DNA of 64,000 bases from the NCBI RefSeq assembly GCF_037042905.1, contig NC_087251.1:48176001-48240000 (forward strand). Direction: 5' to 3'. The position numbers were made by a program, and so were the translations under genes. Positions 13,101 to 27,000 of this stretch are shown here, in pieces; position 1 is the stretch's first letter, and the number at the start of each line of letters is the position of its first letter. The notes beneath the pieces were generated by a model. That model had not been told where the DNA came from. It ran no database searches and saw only the letters and a program-made list of their open reading frames with translations. The stretch comes from Lytechinus pictus (lineage: Eukaryota).

Positions 13101-14327
13101 CACTGGATACTTTTACCGGCTGGGTCACGTTACCGTGTTAGTTGCTATAGTGGCAAAGTTACAATTTTGTAACTCTTTATGAAATTTGCCCCCGAACTAT
13201 CGATATTCTTTCTTTCCACCGCTCTCCTCCTCACCGCTTCCCAGGCAAGCAATACGTATATGAGAGAGATCCCGATGGAATATCAAGAGATGAGTGGTTC
13301 TTGAGGCACCCACTGGTTTATCTCAATAGGTGTACAAGGACAGGAATTGTTGGTCCCTTGTTCCCAAACATTATCGAGCGACCGTGACAGTGAGAAGGTC
13401 AATATTGTTATACTTCCCCATTCCGATCACGTCTCCGTCAAATAACTTTCTGAATTTGGGTAATACATAAGGTACATCGTATCTTCTACATATAATACGA
13501 AATATTCGCACCGTTTGGAGCTACGAATACTTAACAGGGGCGGTATCACGAGGTTGAAATGATATTGTTTTCCGAATATATCGTCAAAATCTTTTTTTTT
13601 TTTTTTTTTTTTACAAATGTTTAACTTTTTCCTCTAAGATTGGTCTTATCAGCCACTTTTAAAAGCACATGCATGTGGATATTTCAAGTACTCTTTTAAA
13701 AAAATAGTTTCATTTATATTTATCTATTCACCTAGTTTTTTGTCGCCATCTTATTCATTTACATATCTTAATTGTTAAAAATTATTTATCTTTGTTTTAA
13801 AAAGATGTTCTTATCTATATATCTGGGTGTTTTTTTGGGGGGATAGTACTAATTAGTCATTTATTTTTGTAAGTGTATTCTCTTTTTTTTAACGTGTTTC
13901 ACAATTGATGTTTAACAGAGTGCTGATCTCTGTTTTGTTCTAGTGGTATTATTACTGCACGATCCGCAATTATGGTGGAATACATGGATTTTCATTCAAT
14001 CAACTGTACCAACAAGTAAAGTCATGGACTAAATAAGTTACCATGACTTTATTGCTACATTCATCAATTGTTAAATTAACTTATCATTCAGTCATACACT
14101 CTCATTGACCCAATCACTCATTCACTTACTCGCTCAATTGATCAATCAATTAATCAATCAATTAATTTTTCAAAAAAAAACAATCCACCTATCGATTAAT
14201 TTATCATCGAATTAGTTAATCATTCAACAAATTGACAATCGATGAATTACTCAACAAATTAATCAATCATTCAAACAAAACCCATCTATCAACCAATTTA
14301 CCAACCTATAATTGACAAACCACTTAA

Positions 14328-14609
14328 AAAAGGCAAGTTCACCCTGACAAAAAGTTTATTGTTAAAAAAGCAGAAAAATAGTAAAAAATTATAGGCGAAG
14401 GTTTGAGGAAAATCCATCAAAGATTTAAAAAAATGTTTTAGAATTTTAATTAATTAGCTGCTCGTTTATGACGTCACAAATCCAAAACTTAAAATTTTAA
14501 TAACTTTCTTATTACCTTTAATGGATTTTCCTCAAACCTTCACCAATATTTTTTTCATAAGTTTTCTGCTATTTTTACAACAAACTTTACCTCAAAGTGA
14601 ACTTCCATT
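14328..14609. mobile_element. TTAA-flanked (Kolobok-like) palindromic MITE
   Basis: TTAA|aaaaggcaagttcacc..gtgaacttccatt|TTAA with internally mirrored sequence; similar to 52037-52521. Confidence 0.65.
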
Positions 14610-17600
14610 TTAACTGTCTGCAACACAAAGCAATCGACATGAACAATGCAGTCTGTATCATGTATTTCATTTGTATTTACTGAGAAATTGATTTTTACCT
14701 GAACAATACACAAATAAATAGATATCATTCAAATAAAATCATGCATGCAGTTTACACATGACAAAGAAAAAAAAACAGAAGCTGAATGTAATATCACGGA
14801 AAAAAAGTAGAATATATCCACCAAAACTTCAATGAGACTATTAAAACAAAATTAAATTGATTAGTCTATATAGTCAATATTCAAAATGTATAAACAATAA
14901 GGACAAAAATTGATACATACATGTACATAATAATCTCTATTAGCTTCTCATGCATATGAATAAGTTGTTTGTATTTAAATAATACAATATATTGAATAAA
15001 AAAAAGTAGTCAGGTACATGCACTTCTAAGAATTAAATATATAATGATTTTGTATGATTAACATAAAATTGCAAAACCTAATTTCATTGGAATGAAAAGG
15101 CAGCTTTTGGTTTGTGACGACAACATGCAACACAGCATGTGAAATACAATTGAAACCCAGAAGATGGATTCAACATATTCCTGGGATGATTCATACAGCT
15201 TTTTGTAAAGTTAAAAATCAAACTTCACAAAGTGTACACTTGAAAATGACAAGCTACATGTATGCATGATTCTCAAGCAAACAGGTGTTGAAATGATGAT
15301 CAACTTATAATTGAAGCCAACTCCAATGGTAATTGTTTGGAATACAAGATTTGTCAAAATATCTGGGAAAACTTTGCAATTGACATTTCATATTTCAAGT
15401 AATCATAATATCACGGGTAGTTACATGTATGCTTACTGGCTTAGTACCTCATTAACGAGTGTACAATTGTCTCTTTAAAATGTGTGATTTTGCAGTAAAA
15501 AGTTAACAAAATGTTTAACTAGGTTAATGTTATGAGAATAGCACCAAATGACTTCAACTCATCAAATCTCATATTGCATCCTGTTGACTGCATTGCTGTG
15601 GTGCTTATCATCAGAATGTATTCATTCATTTATTTATCTATATTTTCTTTTACCAATGTAGTCCCTTCAGGTACGTAAACTGATTTACACCAGGTCAGGG
15701 CCCTGGGAATAATCAAAGATCACAATGTCCCCAGAATCATGGAAGTGAACTTTGCGGAAGGTCCTGACATTTTACATCAAGCACCTATAAGTACTCTGCA
15801 TCTTCATTCATACATCAATGTTCATCCCCCATTCCCTTGTGTTACCACTGTTGCTCTTTTGTATAATTTCATCATAGTCTGAAATGGGTAAGGGGTGGGG
15901 GTGGGGATGGAGGGAGCATGTCCAGTAACATCTTCCTAAGAAACATATATGAAGCAGAGGTGGTGTCAGAATTCGAGGGGAGAGGGGGGTAAGATGAACT
16001 GAAGATGACATACGTGTATTTGTACATTTAATTGAATAACGGGTAATATAGAGTAACAAAGTCCACGGTTCTGTAACACAAAGTTTAGCGATTAATGGTA
16101 CATGTACGCTTGATTTTCATGATTGATTGTACATTGAAGTCAATGCAATGATCAATCATAAAAAAAATGTCCACAATGATTGCACAGCTTTGTGTTACAG
16201 GCTCCAGATTTATCTTTTTTGATAATCAAGTTTATTTTCCATGTTTTCTTCTTCTTTTTTATCTTTCACCAGTTGAAAATCATGGGGGGGGGGGTGGTAG
16301 CAGTCACCCCTGCCCTGTTATGAAGTATATTATTCTTATAGTTTATGTAGCGTATGAATATCAGTAAGAACAGACAAAAATTCTTGAATGATTCACAAAA
16401 ACAGGACAATTTTAATGTAGGTGGGAATTGAAGAGAAGTACAGGTTTCTGTGGAGAAAGGGAAACTCAAAATATGTACACATAAAAAAAAACCTCAAAAA
16501 GATTGCAATCTAAAACAACCACCAAAGTCATTTCACTAATGAGCAAGTGAGTTGTTCTAATATTTGCTCCTCCAAACAAATTAGCACAAATGAATGAGAC
16601 CATGTCTAATATCTGGAGAGCTTGACAGTATTTTTTTTATACATGTAAAGCCATACAAAAAAAAAAATCCAAATTTGTTGTGCTTTGAAGCTGTATCCAT
16701 GAAGTAAAATGCTCTGTGCTTTGGTGCATATCAAAATGAATGAGTTTCTAATCCATGCACAGATGAGATTGCATATATTGCTGCAGAAAATAGAATAAAT
16801 CTATTTCGGTCGAGTCTAATGAGGTGAATAACATCTTGTTTATGAACACTTACAAATTGGTAATTATGTTTTGTAGACTATACTTTTATTGGTTTCTTTT
16901 AATGGCCAGCCTCTCTCTTCAATAAATGAGAGTGAAAATAGAAATTTTCAAGTTGGTTCACAAACATAAAAATAGAGATTAAAATTTGAGTAATAAATGC
17001 ATTTGAATGCACAATTCTTAGTATATAAAAAAAGTTACTTGTACATGCATGCCCTTGAATTAAAAAAAAAAAATGATTTGTGGCAATATCATTTTTAGTT
17101 TTTAGCACATCTTTTGTATGACCCCCCCATATATCGACACACATACATCTAGGATAGTATTTTCATAGCATGTACATGTAGGTCAATGACCTCTAGTTTA
17201 GATGACCACACTATGGAATGATTGTTGCCAACAGATCAACTCAATCCAGCATATACATGTAATAGTGAATAAAGAATAATAAAATACGATTTCAAAAATG
17301 AATTTCAATGAATGTTGGTATGTTATCTTTCTCAAAAAAGAAAGCTTAATACTTATAACTTTCTCAGGTCAAAGACAGGAAAAGAGATTTAAAAGGGGGG
17401 GGGGGTGGTCTCCCATTTTGGTACTCGTATCTGAAATGAAACTTAGCAGGCAGGCAGGTGTTTGTTGGGTGTTTTTTTTTTCTAGGGGGAGGGGGGGGCA
17501 AGTCATCCAGTGTGTATACTGTAATCTTATCACTAGACCAAGAAGTAATCATTATTCAAAGAATCAAAATATCACTTTCTTTAATAAACATCATAAAATA

Positions 17601-17975
17601 TATGAACTCATTTTTCCCCCAAAAAAATAAAATGGCTCACCTCATTTGGCAACCCTAAATACAAAATTGTGTAGTGACACAAATGTATCTACAGACTGGT
17701 AGAAAATCATCCAACAGCAATAAATTCTGTTGAAGTACTTTTGTGCAATGATATTGCAGTAGGTAATAAAGACAGCCATTCCTAGAATTCAGAGTCTGCC
17801 AAAAAAAACTTGCTGAAGACCTTGCCATCAATATTCTGCATCATAATCTCTAATACCAAACAAGGTTCAAGTTCTTTCCTTCTCCAGGGCTGCTTTATCT
17901 CTCTATCTGATACGCAATCCTCGGTATGAATGTTGATCAAGAAATGTCTCTATCATGTGGCACTGGCATCAAACA

Positions 17976-18071
17976 TTAAGTAGCTTTAGTGGTCTTGCTT
18001 TTGCTTTTGGCCGATCTTTTATCTCTTTTCTTCAATCCATCCATGTTGAGTTTCATCACATTTGCGTAAGC
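17976..18071 (-). CDS. SRP14: SRP14 coding exon 5 (AYANVMKLNMDGLKKRDK...KAT*)
   Basis: Acceptor tttacttgcag, conserved NMDGLKKRDK, TAA stop at 17978-17976. Confidence 0.95.
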   Translation of the reverse strand, partial: AYANVMKLNMDGLKKRDKRSAKSKSKTTKAT

Positions 18072-21000
18072 CTGCAAGTAAATAACAAGAATAATAGAAA
18101 ATGGCTCAACACACGATGACATGTTTACGGTAAAGTCCCGTTTTCTGCGATACAGAAACAAGACAATATTTGAGGAAAATTTGAAAAGAATGCGGAATTC
18201 ACTGCAAAAACACAATTTTTCATGCCAAAATATTTGAATTACTAAAATATACTAAGTGACAACTATTAATATCTGTCAGTCAGACAATTTCACAGTGTTT
18301 AGCAATAACATTTGATTGCTAATTCAGCTTTATCTGCAATGTGTTTTAATAATGGAAACTTCATTTTATCTAGGATATTCACAACTTAAAATTGCCTTAT
18401 CATATTTATTGTAAATATAACTGAAAAACAAAATATGGGGATTTCTGATGCTCAGAACACAGAAGAAAACAGAATTTACATTTTTATTATTTTTTTTAAA
18501 ACAGAAAATGGAGACTCTTTTCTGGTGTAAAGAAGAAGATAATGTGTAAGCTGAATTAACCATAATACCATTGTGGGCGTTGTATCATCAATTCCTTCAG
18601 TTTTACACCAGCTTGCAATGTATTAGTATTTTGAGAATTGGGGGGGGGGGGGTTTCAGGAAATGACTTGTCGGATAAAACGTTTGACAAGTCCTTTCATG
18701 AAACGATCCCCAGATTCCATCACTTTTTACTATGATTCATCCCACATGATTCCAAAGCATGTAGGTAAGATGATCAAACCAGTGTTATCAGTGTTTTTAT
18801 ATTTACCGACTACATGGAATAATCTCCCCATTGATGTACATGAGGCACCATCGTTAGAACTGTTTAAGTCCCTCCTTAAAACCCATCTCTTTTAAATCAG
18901 TTTCACCGTCCTATCTTTCGCTACCATTGTGTTTTGTATGAAACTATACCGCTCAGTTGATTTGCATTCTTAATCATATTGTGTTTAGATATTTTAACTC
19001 GGATTATTTGAATTTACTCACCCCTTATATCTAATTTGTATATTCGCCGATTACAATTGTAATTTCTTTTACTGAGATACCTTGTACTTATATTCTTCTT
19101 TCTTTTCTTTTCTTCTTTCTTGGTGCTTTGAAACATCCGTATAAAGCGTTTTATAAATTTTGTATATTATTATGATTATGTGTGTAATATTTCATTGTCT
19201 CTACATAAACCTAACCCTGTACAGGAAAAATAGCAAACTTCAAAATCATGTCTACATGATCCAAAAAGTAAAACTTTCTTGACTATTGTAAATACATCCT
19301 CTATCACACATCCCTCAACCACACATGAAGGAAAACTGAAAGAAAGACTGAAAACATAAAAATAACAAAATGAAATAATGGGCAAGCAAGTAACCGAAGC
19401 TTTTCAACACATTGAATAACAACTTAAACTTTAATAAGGATTTTAACTCCTCAAAGTGGACCTTGTTTTCAAACAATCCCACAAAGTTGATACATGTAAT
19501 ATCCCTCAAAGTTATTAAAGTCAATTTTATTTATATACATGCACATGTATTACACTGCTTACACCTTGGATAATTTCTGTTCTCCTAATCAATCCACATA
19601 ATGCAGTCGACACCATTTCTAAAACAACATTACCGAATCCCACGGGCAGTCATCAAACCAAGTAATTGCTTTGTGGTGAAGTGAATCCAAGCAATACTCT
19701 GCTCTAAATATCAGTGTTTAAATTTAACCTACATAAATAATCGGACATCTATTTCTGTCCTTAAGTCTAGCAAGCAGCGTCATCACCATTACCTGTCGCA
19801 ACATCTATTAAAGTAAACAGGTGAGCTTTGAATCTTAATCTCTCAATCAACTCATCATGGTTTTAAAAAGTTCAGGGGCACCCCCAAGCACCTTCATTTT
19901 ACTATCCCTTCGGGGCACCCAATCCCTTATCTTCTTCTAATTCGCTCTGACCATCTTCAATTAATTTTTAGCCTGGGGCCAAGCAACAAGATAAAGCTGC
20001 ATGTTTCCCCGCTGCCTAACGATGCATCAAGCTGTCATTACCAAGTTGATTAGCCCCTTGATGCAAGTCAACACACTGGCGACTAACATACGTGGCGGCC
20101 CAATGAGTGGGAAACAAACTGGTCGAGTGTTTGCTTTGATTCGGCAGTGACGGCAATTCGGTAATGAGAAGATTGATCACATTTTTCTGTTTTCTTGGAT
20201 CAACATGATTATCCCTCACATTTTTTATTACTTGTGAGTGTACATGGTCATAAATGATAGATAGATGGCGCTTTTCAGTTTTTTCACATCAAGTGAGCTC
20301 TTGTACAGTATACATATTTCAACTGCAATCTGTATGAATTGTGCAAGTTGCAAATCAAAGCAGTGGTCCAGAAGGTTACTTCACCAATTCTCAAGCTTTA
20401 AACTTATCTAGCCCCCTTCTTCATTTTTGGAAATTAATCTGTTATGCGCATCCAAAGTTATGCAAAATTTCATAAGTGCATGTCAGACCTAAATTTGCTC
20501 AAAACCATGATTTCATGTACAAAATCCAATGCAAATTTTGCATGTAGCCAAAATACATGAATGTAGTTATTTTTACCTATACTGATTAAGAGCAACTGAT
20601 TTCATATCAATTATGACTGAAATAGTGTCGCCAATGATTTCCTAAAAAAACAATAAAAAACAAAGTAAAAATAAAAAATTTAAAAACGATAAATATATAA
20701 GAAATAAATTTGATATGGCCATTTTTTTTATACAAATTTATAAGGAATCCTAAAAAGAGTGTCCAGACCAAACTTTCGTAGTTTTGAAGCTATATTTTAA
20801 GATTAACAGCAAAATTATCATTCTATGCATTAATTAGCAATATCAATTAATTAAAATTAATTAAAATAAATATGAGTAAATTTGGTAAAATTACATGAAC
20901 CTATCCAATCTTGGAAATTACATGTGTACTTCACAGGTGATGTGTGCATGCTAATTCTTGTTGCGAACATCCCAGAGGTGTCTTCTTTGTTACCTACTTA

Positions 21001-24000
21001 CAGAGTAATGAGAGTATGCTCAATATAATCAATACGCGTCGTGGTCGAGTGGTTCTCACTCTCGCCTTTCAAACAGAGGGTTGCGGGTTCGAATCCTAGC
21101 CATGGCGTGTTTTCCTTCAGCAAGAAATTTATCCGCACTGTGCTGCACTCGACCCAGGTGAGGTGAATGGGTACCGGCAGGAAGTAATTCCTCAAAAAAG
21201 CTGTGCGCACCAGAATCGGTAGACTAGCTTAGCTGGGGTAATATAGGAGCTCCTAGAGCACCTAGCAAGGAGGACACGTGCACTATACAAATCCTATATT
21301 ATTATTACTTATTATTTATATTTCTAATTTGATATCAACATCAAACATGCATAATTCATCTTCATACAAAACAGTTCATTGGTGCAGAAATTTATCCAAG
21401 AAAAATGTACAACATACAAAAATACATGTTTTGAAGAATGACAAAAGCCTTAACCTCATATTTTAATAGGCTATTTCAGACCAGGTTTTTTAAAGTGATT
21501 TTGCAATAAGTGTATGAAATTATGTTTTTGACTTGAACTCATTTTATTACCAAGTAGAAAAATATTTTTTTAATGTTGATTTTAACTTATCTGACAAATA
21601 TCTACAAAAAACATCATCTGTATTCCATTGTTTATTCTTTATGTACATGTACTTTATTTTTTTAATTAACTTTGTCTGGGAACCTTTTTGCAATCATAAA
21701 CAACATAGAATGAATACATATAAACTTGCAAGAGTAAACTAATCTTACATTCAATATTCATACAATTTGCAATAATTTTGTGAAAAAAATTTATGGGTTT
21801 ACAAGCATGTATTAAAAGCCGCAAAGCACTGTAACAGTGTGACAGATTTCGGCAGAAATGGTGTCAATAGACGTGAAATAATTAAATGTAAAATAACAAG
21901 AAGTAACGCAGTCATAAAATTTCATGCAACACTTGCAAAATTCATCAAGGGCGTTGTCAATTTGACCTACCCCTTAATGTCCTTCAATTTATAAAATAGG
22001 GATTTATTCAATAAAATTATCTACATGTGCTTGTCAATCAGTTTGTATACATATCAGTCCATATTTTAGATTTTACAATAAATACACACCGAAATAGAAA
22101 ATATGCATTTATATAGCACTATCAAGGCACACTAGTATTACTACCATGGCTTTAGCTTGGGCAAAACAAAGACTGAAAAGAAGTTCCTAGCTTTTTTTCA
22201 CATTGTTGTTACGACTGTGAAATAGTCATTTTTGAAAAATCTAGAATTAGAATGGGCTACTCACCATCTGGAATTTGGTTACATCTTTTGAACTAATCTG
22301 TGAAGTGAAATAAATTAAAACAAGAACTGTGGTTGGAAAAGGTTAAGTCATCAAACATTGTGCAAGTCACAGAGGTGGTTATTACAGTGGTCTTTAAACA
22401 TAATTAATAAAGATGCTTTTGTTGCTGAAAATGATAAATATTGACTGGTTCTTCATCCATGTTTGGCAGTTCTTATTCTCAAGAACCAATTTTTTTACAT
22501 TGAATCCCCCACCACAAAAGAAATGTACATGCTTGCTCTCTTTCTCAAATTGTGCAGAACAGTAAAAGTTACTACACAACTACACTGTACCTTGCCAAAG
22601 AGGGAGCTCTTCTACTTGAGAGAAATCACAAGATTTAATACTTTCCTCTAGACATGAACAAGTTCAGATATGTGAAATCGGCAATAGCCCTATGACAAAG
22701 AAAAAAATGTGCTAAAAGTTTAGAGAAACTTCAGGACACTGGCGGATCCAGGGGGGGGGGGGGGGCACAGCCGGCCCATGACCCCCCCCCCCCCCTTTGA
22801 GAAGCAAAATTAAAATTTGTAATGTACAAATACCATTAAAACAGAAGTGTGCCCCCCCCCCTTTGAAAGTGAAGACCCTATTTTTTTTTGCTTGTCAAAT
22901 TTTTCCTCAGAAAAATGTGCCCCCCCCCCCCTTTTGAAAAATCCTGGATCCGCCCCTGCTTCAGGATGTTAGATCTACTTGAAACTTGTCAAAAGTGTGT
23001 TGCAAAACAAATGAAGGCTTTGAAAGCCCGGTTTCCTGGAATTAAAATTGAACACTTTAAATTAAGCATGATGACATGCTATTATTCCTACAAGCAGGTG
23101 TGTCATGAAGCTGTTTGTACATGTACTAAAAATATCAACCGGTAAACACTTTGAAGTAATATATTCGCAATATTTTTACACAATGAGTTTACATGTAATG
23201 CCATTCTTCTCATTCTTCCTCTCTTTCCCGCTCTCTCCATTTTCGAACTTCTTTCCTCTTTATTTCCCTTTCCTCTCTCACTTCCTTTATGTTTTCTTTA
23301 TCTTTTCTTGGATATCAGTCTCTATATTCATTGTCAAAATATCTATTCGAATGATTCCTATGTTTATTGTGTATATTTGTATATAATTTACAAGTTGTTT
23401 CTTTTGTCTTTTTTTTTCTTTTTGACGAAATACTATTTTGTTTTTGTTTATTTGCTTATATTCCTTGCATTGTATATTTGTCTTGTATCATTTTGTACTT
23501 CTTGTTATGAACAAAATACTGGCAATCGCCAGTGAAGTTCTAATAAATTCAATTCAATTCAATTCATGTAACAAATTTCTTAAGCCACAACTGGTGACCA
23601 TTTCTTGTGCTATATGATACATGTATATTCCAACCTGGTGTCAACCATGTCATGGAACTGATAGAACACCTAATATGTTCCAGTTGCCTGTAAAGTTGAG
23701 CGTAACTTTACTAACAGCCTTATGAAATACCATCCCTGTTCTTCCTGAATTTTAAACCCAATTCAATTTCTCAACTACACTCTGCAATCTTGAAAGCTTG
23801 ATCCTTTAAGATGAAACAAACCCTTATCGAAATGTACTGCTCAACTTACCACTGTAGATAATTTCTTTTTGCCATTGGTTGCTCTGAACAAGCATTTATG
23901 TTCTGATTGGTCAGACACTGAAACTCTTTCTCCTTTGGCTGCCTTTGGCTTGGGTTTAGTTTGACCATAATCTGTATTATTGAAAAACAAAGTATGGTAG

Positions 24001-27000
24001 TGGATCATATTACCAAACACTTTTCATGAACTCACTCATATCAAACACATTATTCTCATGAAATTCACCAAACTTTCACCATAATTATACACAATTACCT
24101 ACAAAATAAAACTATGTAAAAATTTTGCCGAAATGGCTTTTCTTTTTTACGATATTAGCTTTCAATCAGAACCCTCTTCGCATGTGAAATATTTTAGTCA
24201 CTTAAAAAGGTATCTTATTACCGAATGTGTGTTTTCTATGGGAAAAGTTGAGAAAACAACAAAATCACTGATAAGTATTTTGACCATATTTTACTATTTT
24301 TAGAATATTGAGACTTTGAACCATTTTTCATGTCCTTTCTATTCAAGTTCCCTTTGGAACTGGAAGGATGTTGCAGAGTTTGGAGCGTATGAAATTATTT
24401 TCTGACACGTACGATGCGCACGTTCGGTAATACAAGGCCGGTCGTTAATACAATCACTCACTATACCGTAATTTCTTCATCTACAAGACTACATGTACAT
24501 GAACAATTGGAATTTATATCTTTAAAATTGTTCAAAACATTCAATCATCAATCCTATGCATTTATGCAAGCTATACATTCAGGGAACTGAATATTACGCA
24601 TACAGATATGAAGCATGACAGTGAATTTCATGAATAAATGTTAAGAAGTATATTTGTAAAAATTATCAAAAGTACTCTTCATATAATCTATATGAACTGT
24701 ATCAATTACTAGGTTATCTGAAAAAGGGAGAGAAAAGGTCAGAATATGATGATTATAATGAAGAAAAGTGTATTTGCATTAATACTAATATTTCCAATAT
24801 AAGAGACTCACATTGCTTCATGGTTATGTAGACCGATCCTGATGTCCTACACTTCTGAAAGAGTTTGGTTAATTCTGCTAAGAACTGCGGGTAAACAAAA
24901 ATAACATTCAGTGAAAAGATTGTAAAATACTTGAAATTAATATCAAAACATAGTTTCATACATCACATGATTTACTTTAACCTTTCACATTACAAGTTTT
25001 ATGTTGTAACAGAATGATATTGCAATTACATGAACATCTACCTTATTAAATATTGAATCAGAGATACAGATACAGATGTAACAATATCTAGACATTCATT
25101 TCTTTGTAGCAAAATCAATTCTAAACCCTCAAACTTGAATATCCTCACAGTGGGTAGAACATATTTCATGTGATATTTCATTTATTTTTTCCATCTTTTT
25201 TAATTACAAGTTGTCAATAAACTCTATTCCATTAACGAGTGATGGACGAATTTCAAACAGATCGAGGTCTGGAGCTCACCGGGGTACCTTACACATTAAT
25301 ACCGCATTGTCCCAACATGATGGCACTGGCTTGCAATTGTTCTTTGTACTGTACAAAGGCCAGGTGAGCCAGACTACACAAATGCAACCATTTCCCTTTG
25401 TGGCTGCACCCCTCAGGAAAATAGTCCCATTCCAGTGTTACTTTGGGAACCATAGTTCCAACCACCTCCTCTGACGGCCACACAAATTTGTTTGCTATCA
25501 TCGTACCATATATTTTAGGAGACGTCTTAAGTGGGTATGGGCTAAAATTGTTCAGGTTTACATTATTTTACCGACATCGCACTATATCATGAGTTTATTA
25601 TTATTATTATTGAGCACCATAGAAACAAATACCATCAAGGTTTCTCATCAAATAACAAAAAATTGAATATACAGAATTACAGTCCACTTTTATTTGACAA
25701 CTTTGTTTAATATGCGCCAAAAGTTATTTTAGGTATCACGAGGAATAATTCCGCAAATCTAAGCAGCTACACAATACCAATGGGCTGATCACTAAGCCTG
25801 ACAATCACTATCAATCTCTAACATTTATTTAGAGAGACTACAAGAACTTCAAAAACGTGCAGTCAAAATCGTAAACTTCCCCTTTTATGCCCATTCTTAT
25901 CCTATTTTTCATTCGCCTAAAATTTTAGATATAATTCATGATATGAACCAATATGAAGTGGGACTTTTTATGTCTGTTCTAAAAGACTTTCACCATCGTT
26001 TTTAAATTGAATTGTAATATTCACGAATATCTTACTAGAAATGCTGCAAACTTTCAATTTCCTAAAATAAGAACTTGCCTATCACATAAATCCATCTTCT
26101 TTCACGGCCAAGTACCTTGGAATTCTTTGCCAGTTAATTTGAAGAAAAAAATGTTCATTTACTTGTTTCAAATATAACCTTAGAAATTTCTTAAATGATA
26201 ATTAAGCCTGTATGTAAACATGTATTTTATATTTTACTAATACTACGTTTGTCTGTTTGTCTTTGTAATGTCTTCTAATTGTTTAATATATTACATAACT
26301 TCTGATATTGTCAATAATTGTCTTTCCTCTTAAAAGTAATTTTGGTCCGGCCCTATTATAAGGAAGTCTCTTTCTTGGCTGCTTCCCTCTCAATGCCTTT
26401 TTTCTTTCTTTTCATTTCTTTTTAACTTATAAACTTATATGTCTTTGATGTTATGTATTCTTTGTTCATTTATTTTATTATGTTGATTTCAAGCAGAGAG
26501 AAATAAACTTTAATTGCATTGAATACATCATTAGGTTCAACTGTCTGGCCATCTTCTAAAAAAGGAAGGGTGTCAAATTTCCCACTGTGGGATTGCAGAT
26601 TCTTTTTGTAATAGATCGAAAATGTGCGATCTCGGCGGTAATATTACCGGCAGAAGTCACTTCCCCCTTACGTGTTTTTTGGGGTCGCGCATGGTATCCA
26701 CTTGTCAATGAAAGTGCCCCCCCCCCCCCCGGGCAGTTATGCATGCAAGTCCCCTGCCAGTGCAGGTCAATATATTGAACCGTCCAATATTTGGGGACTT
26801 TACTCTTCAGACTTAGTTAATTTTCGTTAACAATAACAAGTCAAAATATCAAATTTCAGATTGAAATCAAAAAGATAAATACCAGTTTTGGTAGCGAATT
26901 CAAAATGAGTTCGAACAGAATCCAATAAAATTACCACCTTTGTTTGTATGAATAAAAAATATGTGCCAAGTGGCTCTGGAAGAAAATGCGTAATTGCTGA

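Noticed and set aside
21033..21110. Possible tRNA gene
   Set aside because: It has A and B boxes but poor stems, continues into a SINE body and tail, and has other diverged copies in the window.
25289..25501. 70-aa ORF (MIANKFVWP..) faintly reminiscent of a Gypsy integrase segment
   Set aside because: Only a few residues resemble it, with no further motifs or LTRs; it cannot be supported without a search.
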